Below, in pieces: positions 60,340 through 64,000 of a stretch of DNA of 64,000 nt. The stretch is from an uncultured Gammaproteobacteria bacterium (lineage in GTDB: Bacteria > Patescibacteriota > Microgenomatia > Levybacterales > UBA12049). The position numbers were made by a program, and so were the translations under genes. Position 1 is the stretch's first letter. Each line of letters opens with the position of its first letter. The stretch spans positions 206,530 to 270,529 of the forward strand of contig CAYYSJ010000001.1 in NCBI GenBank assembly GCA_964474445.1, read 5' to 3'. Under the pieces are notes generated by a model. The model was not told the DNA's origin. It made no database searches and saw only the letters and a list, made by a program, of their open reading frames with translations.

Positions 60340-62112
60340 TTATGTACTTGGAAGGCTAAAAGAGAATTTTGATCCTTTTCCTAACTGACTTGTAACCCAC
60401 ATACTTCCTTTATGTAGATGGATTATTTCTGAAGAAATAAATAGGCCTAAGCCTAAGCCGGGATATGTATATTTATGTCCATTGCTAACTTGATAAAATT
60501 GATTAAATATTCTATGTACTTCGCTTCGTGGAATACCAATGCCAAAATCCTTTACACTTAAAATAACTTCCTGACCTTTTTGTTCTATTGTAATAATGAT
60601 TGGTTTCTCTGATGGGTCATATTTAATTGCGTTTGTTATAAGATTTATTATTACTTGCCTTATTTTCTCTTTATCCGCTGTAACATAGATTTTGATTTTG
60701 GAACGCAATATTATCTTGTGTTTTGAAATAGGTTGTATGTCTTCTGTAATTTCTTTTATCAAACTATTCAAAAGAAATTCCTGTTTTTTTAGCACGATTT
60801 TTTTCTGCTGCAACTTTGACACATCCAATAAATAACCAACTAATGCACTTAGTTTAGAAAGATTAGTGTTCATTTTTTGCAATAGCTTTTGTGATTCTGT
60901 ATCGCTAATTTTTTTAAATCTTTTCTCCAGAACTTGTGTAAACAATATTGTGCTTGTTAATGGTGTTTTTAATTCATGACTTGCCATGCTGATAAATTTA
61001 TCCTTGTTCCTTTCCAATTCTTTCAACTGAGTTATATCTCGACAAACAGCAATATATCCAATATTTTCTCCTTCATCATTTTTTATATAGGTAATGGTTA
61101 GTTGTACATCTTTTACATCGCCTGTCTTTGTTTTTTGTTGAATAATACCGGACCAATTCCCTTCATTTGCTATTTTCTCTTCCCAACTTTTTTCAATATA
61201 TTCAACTGCTGATATTCCGGACTCAGTTACACCATCAAGAAGCTTCACAGCATCTTTTCCTAAAACTTCTTGTGCTTTCCAGCCATAGATACTTTCAGCA
61301 CCAATATTCCACGTAACTATCCTACCATGTAAATCAATTGATATAACAGCATCCCCTATACTCCTACTTAATGCTGCATAATAGAAAAGGCTTTCTTCAG
61401 CCTTTTTAGCTTCTGTAATATCACGTAAATTTACTATAATTCCATTAATATTCGGATCATTGAGTAAATTGGTCGCAAGAGCCTCAATCCAAATCAAGTT
61501 GCCATTTCGATGCTTTATTCGAGCTTGCACTACTATTTGTTTATTCGGATTTTTCAGTAATTCATGAAGATTGTTTTTCATTCTTTCTACATCTGCTGAC
61601 TGAAGAAAGGAAAAAATGCTTTTTCCTATAACTTCTTTCGAAGGATACCCAGCTATACCTTTTGCACGTTTATTAATAAACAGAATATCACCTTTTTCGT
61701 CAAGGATTTCTACAACATCTGTGGTCTTTTCCATAAGAAGTTCCAGCTGTTTTCTGCTTTGTTGTAATTCTTTTTCTATCTTTTTCTCAGCAGATATATT
61801 TTTAACAAAAGCAGTAATTCCCCATGGAGCAGGATATAATGAAATGTAAAAAGTACGATTACCAGATGAAGTAGTATACTCGTACGTTTTTGGTTTATCT
61901 TCTTTTATGACTTTATCAAAAATCTTTTTTAACGTACTTTTTTCCAACACTGGAAATGTTTTGAAAACATTTTTACCAACTATATTGCCATTAGCGCCTA
62001 AAAAACGTTTTGCCGGAGGATTTATGTAGAGGAAATTGTATAAGGAGTCGATTGCAATTACCCCATCTGATATTCGATCTAAAATTTCTTGATCTGAGAA
62101 TCGGATCATCAA
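60340..62112 (-). CDS. sensor histidine kinase with tandem PAS domains (cytoplasmic)
   Basis: Three PAS-like repeats. H-box SHELKTPL. N, G1 (DFGIGI) and G2 (GLGLGL) boxes. No TM region. No response regulator adjacent. Confidence 0.85.
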   Translation of the reverse strand: MMIRFSDQEILDRISDGVIAIDSLYNFLYINPPAKRFLGANGNIVGKNVFKTFPVLEKSTLKKIFDKVIKEDKPKTYEYTTSSGNRTFYISLYPAPWGITAFVKNISAEKKIEKELQQSRKQLELLMEKTTDVVEILDEKGDILFINKRAKGIAGYPSKEVIGKSIFSFLQSADVERMKNNLHELLKNPNKQIVVQARIKHRNGNLIWIEALATNLLNDPNINGIIVNLRDITEAKKAEESLFYYAALSRSIGDAVISIDLHGRIVTWNIGAESIYGWKAQEVLGKDAVKLLDGVTESGISAVEYIEKSWEEKIANEGNWSGIIQQKTKTGDVKDVQLTITYIKNDEGENIGYIAVCRDITQLKELERNKDKFISMASHELKTPLTSTILFTQVLEKRFKKISDTESQKLLQKMNTNLSKLSALVGYLLDVSKLQQKKIVLKKQEFLLNSLIKEITEDIQPISKHKIILRSKIKIYVTADKEKIRQVIINLITNAIKYDPSEKPIIITIEQKGQEVILSVKDFGIGIPRSEVHRIFNQFYQVSNGHKYTYPGLGLGLFISSEIIHLHKGSMWVTSQLGKGSKFSFSLPST

Positions 62113-62241
62113 ACTTTTGTGAAATGTTATTCTTGTATTGTAGAGAAGAATACATAAGAATAACGTAATAAATCACTATAAATATACCATGAAGAATATA
62201 TCAACTCCATAGAAAATAGTAAGCAACAGTGGGGGATAATG

Positions 62242-62838
62242 CTATGCTGCTGTTGGTAATCGTCCTTCTAACTCTATCCATTCTCCTTCGATCATAACCT
62301 GTTCATTAAGAGATTGAGTTTTATGAACTTTCGTTCTTCCTTTGGGATCCGTTACTTCTACAGATACTGGATAAATACCTCTTTTCCTATCCCGTACCAA
62401 TTGCAATCCTTCGTTTACATCTGACTGCACCATTTCTCTTCTAAGTTCTAAAAATTTTGATAGCACATCCATTTCTTCTTCTTGACCGGCAACTGCTGCT
62501 CTTCCAGCTGCCATTGTCTGCTCTGGAGTAGATTTAAATAATATCCATGCAAGCCGTAAATCATGACCTCCTCCCTCAAAACCCAATCCTGCTGCTGCCC
62601 CAGCACCACCTACTGTGATCTCTTCTGGTTCTGTAACTGCTTCCGCATCACCCTCTGGATGAAGAGACACTCGCTTTATTCTATAATTTGAGCCTGCTAC
62701 ATGAGCAATTTCATGCTTTGATATAGCTCCTGCTTTTATACGCTCTTCGGGAAGAAAAAGTCTTGTAGCACTAATACGATATCCATTATCGAGTTGTTTT
62801 ACTTGACCCATTCGTAAAGACAATTCAGCACCGGCCAT
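62242..62838 (-). CDS. hypothetical protein (198 aa) with HExxH motif (HEIAH) and Gly/Ala-rich segment; atypical composition
   Basis: GC-rich ORF. A possible zincin-like motif occurs at aa 42-46, so a metalloprotease call would be speculative. Confidence 0.4.
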   Translation of the reverse strand: MAGAELSLRMGQVKQLDNGYRISATRLFLPEERIKAGAISKHEIAHVAGSNYRIKRVSLHPEGDAEAVTEPEEITVGGAGAAAGLGFEGGGHDLRLAWILFKSTPEQTMAAGRAAVAGQEEEMDVLSKFLELRREMVQSDVNEGLQLVRDRKRGIYPVSVEVTDPKGRTKVHKTQSLNEQVMIEGEWIELEGRLPTAA

Positions 62839-62909
62839 TTGCCTTGCAAGGCAGGAGGAAAAACTTAAAAAAGCAAACTATCCACTGTTGGAGAATTGTC
62901 AGGAAAAAT

Positions 62910-63569
62910 TTAGTGAGAAAGAGCAAGATTTGTACTGCCGGATTCTTTTTTCCCAAGCGCACTTACCGTATAGTCTATTTGTGCAAGCGTGGGGGAAATT
63001 AACCTACCAGTATAACTTATATCCGCTGACACACTAATAAATCCCATTGGGCAGGTTGCACTTCCTTTTCCTGAAAGAGTTTGTGTATTTGGCCCATCGT
63101 ATATACCTGAAAGAGTTCCATTACAGTCTCCTGATATTGTCCCTGTAATGTTTCCTCCCAAAGATGGATATTGCATGGCAAGGTGAATTGTTTTACCACT
63201 TGCAGAGAGAATGGTTGTTGCCGTTATGATTTGAGAAACAGTCTGTGTGGGTGATAGTGTTGGAGAGACAGTCGTAGAGGTACTTATAGGCGTTGGAGAG
63301 TTATCCGTTTTATTGTTTTGAGGAGAAGTAACATTTTTATGCGTATTACCCTCTTGAGCATTATCAGAAGTATTGTCTGTTGTATGTTGTGATATTGTTA
63401 CTGACTGTGTTGGAGTAGTTGTTGTCCCTAATACTTTTTTTTCAGCAGTTACTGTTGTCTTTGCTTTTGAAGGTAACGTAGCTGTGTGTGGGAATAGAGA
63501 GACGATAACTGCGTAAACGCCTAAAAACGTCGGGAAGAGAAATTGGCTGATAAAGGGAGCTATTGTCAT
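62910..63569 (-). CDS. secreted/membrane-anchored Ser/Thr-rich protein (219 aa)
   Basis: N-terminal hydrophobic signal/anchor, then long Thr/Ser/Asn/Gln low-complexity region and a C-terminal Gly/Ser beta-rich region. Confidence 0.5.
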   Translation of the reverse strand: MTIAPFISQFLFPTFLGVYAVIVSLFPHTATLPSKAKTTVTAEKKVLGTTTTPTQSVTISQHTTDNTSDNAQEGNTHKNVTSPQNNKTDNSPTPISTSTTVSPTLSPTQTVSQIITATTILSASGKTIHLAMQYPSLGGNITGTISGDCNGTLSGIYDGPNTQTLSGKGSATCPMGFISVSADISYTGRLISPTLAQIDYTVSALGKKESGSTNLALSH

Positions 63570-64000
63570 TGAGGATCAAGTATAACAGAGAACTGTAGAT
63601 TTGCAACCGAGCCAACCAGAAAGAATGCAAGATTAGAAAGAGGAAACACTCACACCGTTATCAGATGAAGCACCATTTCCTGTAACACTTACTCTTATTC
63701 TCTCAATCATATGACGTATTGTGTGCCTCATGTCATCAGTATTATTTGTGTTGACGTTAGTACTGATATCTGTATGAGAGGAAATATCTCCTGTTATAAC
63801 TTTACCATTCCCCTGTGTGTTTCCTTCCACTCTATTTCCTCCAGTATTTTGGTCATTAATGACTCGTGTTGAGATATTAGCATTATTTGATTCTGTTTCT
63901 CTTACAGAAGTCGTAAAGGTCTTCGATACTTCTCTCTCATTTCTACAAGAAAAAGAGAAATTTTTAACAAGAAAATCATTTTGAGGAAGACCAAAAGATG

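Noticed and set aside
63633-63830. 65-aa GTG-start ORF at the window end
   Set aside because: It has low-complexity Ser/Thr/Asn composition and lies next to the window edge. I cannot support it as a gene.

Overview
This is an AT-rich bacterial chromosomal window of roughly 36% GC, with lysine-, isoleucine- and phenylalanine-rich proteins. The housekeeping gene content is consistent with a small-genome, Gram-positive-like lineage that could be Patescibacteria/CPR. That assignment is inference only.

The housekeeping backbone is:
- gatCAB.
- A dnaE carrying a 432-aa LAGLIDADG intein at the FNK|SHA site.
- A HAD hydrolase.
- A complete F1Fo ATP synthase operon, atpBEFHAGDC.
- lexA with a small co-transcribed ORF.
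- Two NUDIX hydrolases, a 2H phosphoesterase, dus and maf.
- lepB, parB-rpmA-rplU-rodA-ileS, an MFS transporter, and a PAS sensor kinase.

The largest accessory feature is a roughly 24-kb glycan-biosynthesis island bracketed exactly by tRNA-Thr(CGT) and tRNA-Val(CAC). It contains:
- A Wzy_C/O-antigen-ligase-like membrane protein, two GT39/PMT-ArnT-like membrane glycosyltransferases, and about nine GT2/GT4 enzymes.
- A DegT aminotransferase, two methyltransferases, and a Wzx flippase.
- Fused HAD-nucleotidyltransferase and nucleotidyltransferase-kinase enzymes.
- A 401-aa unknown protein.

I read this island as a candidate protein/cell-wall glycosylation system.

The second class of accessory material is a set of compositionally atypical ORFs, higher in GC and rich in Arg/Glu/Ala/Gln, inserted between housekeeping operons:
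- A divergent 896-aa plus 198-aa gene pair between dus and maf.
- Two tandem HNH endonucleases abutting the ileS start, followed by an unknown ORF and a Cas4-like PD-(D/E)xK/Fe-S nuclease.
- Several small unknowns, including a 198-aa protein with an HExxH motif.

No CRISPR array, rRNA, integrase or transposase was seen. A rare CGATCG palindrome occurs in the promoter regions of lexA, dnaE and lepB and is a candidate operator.
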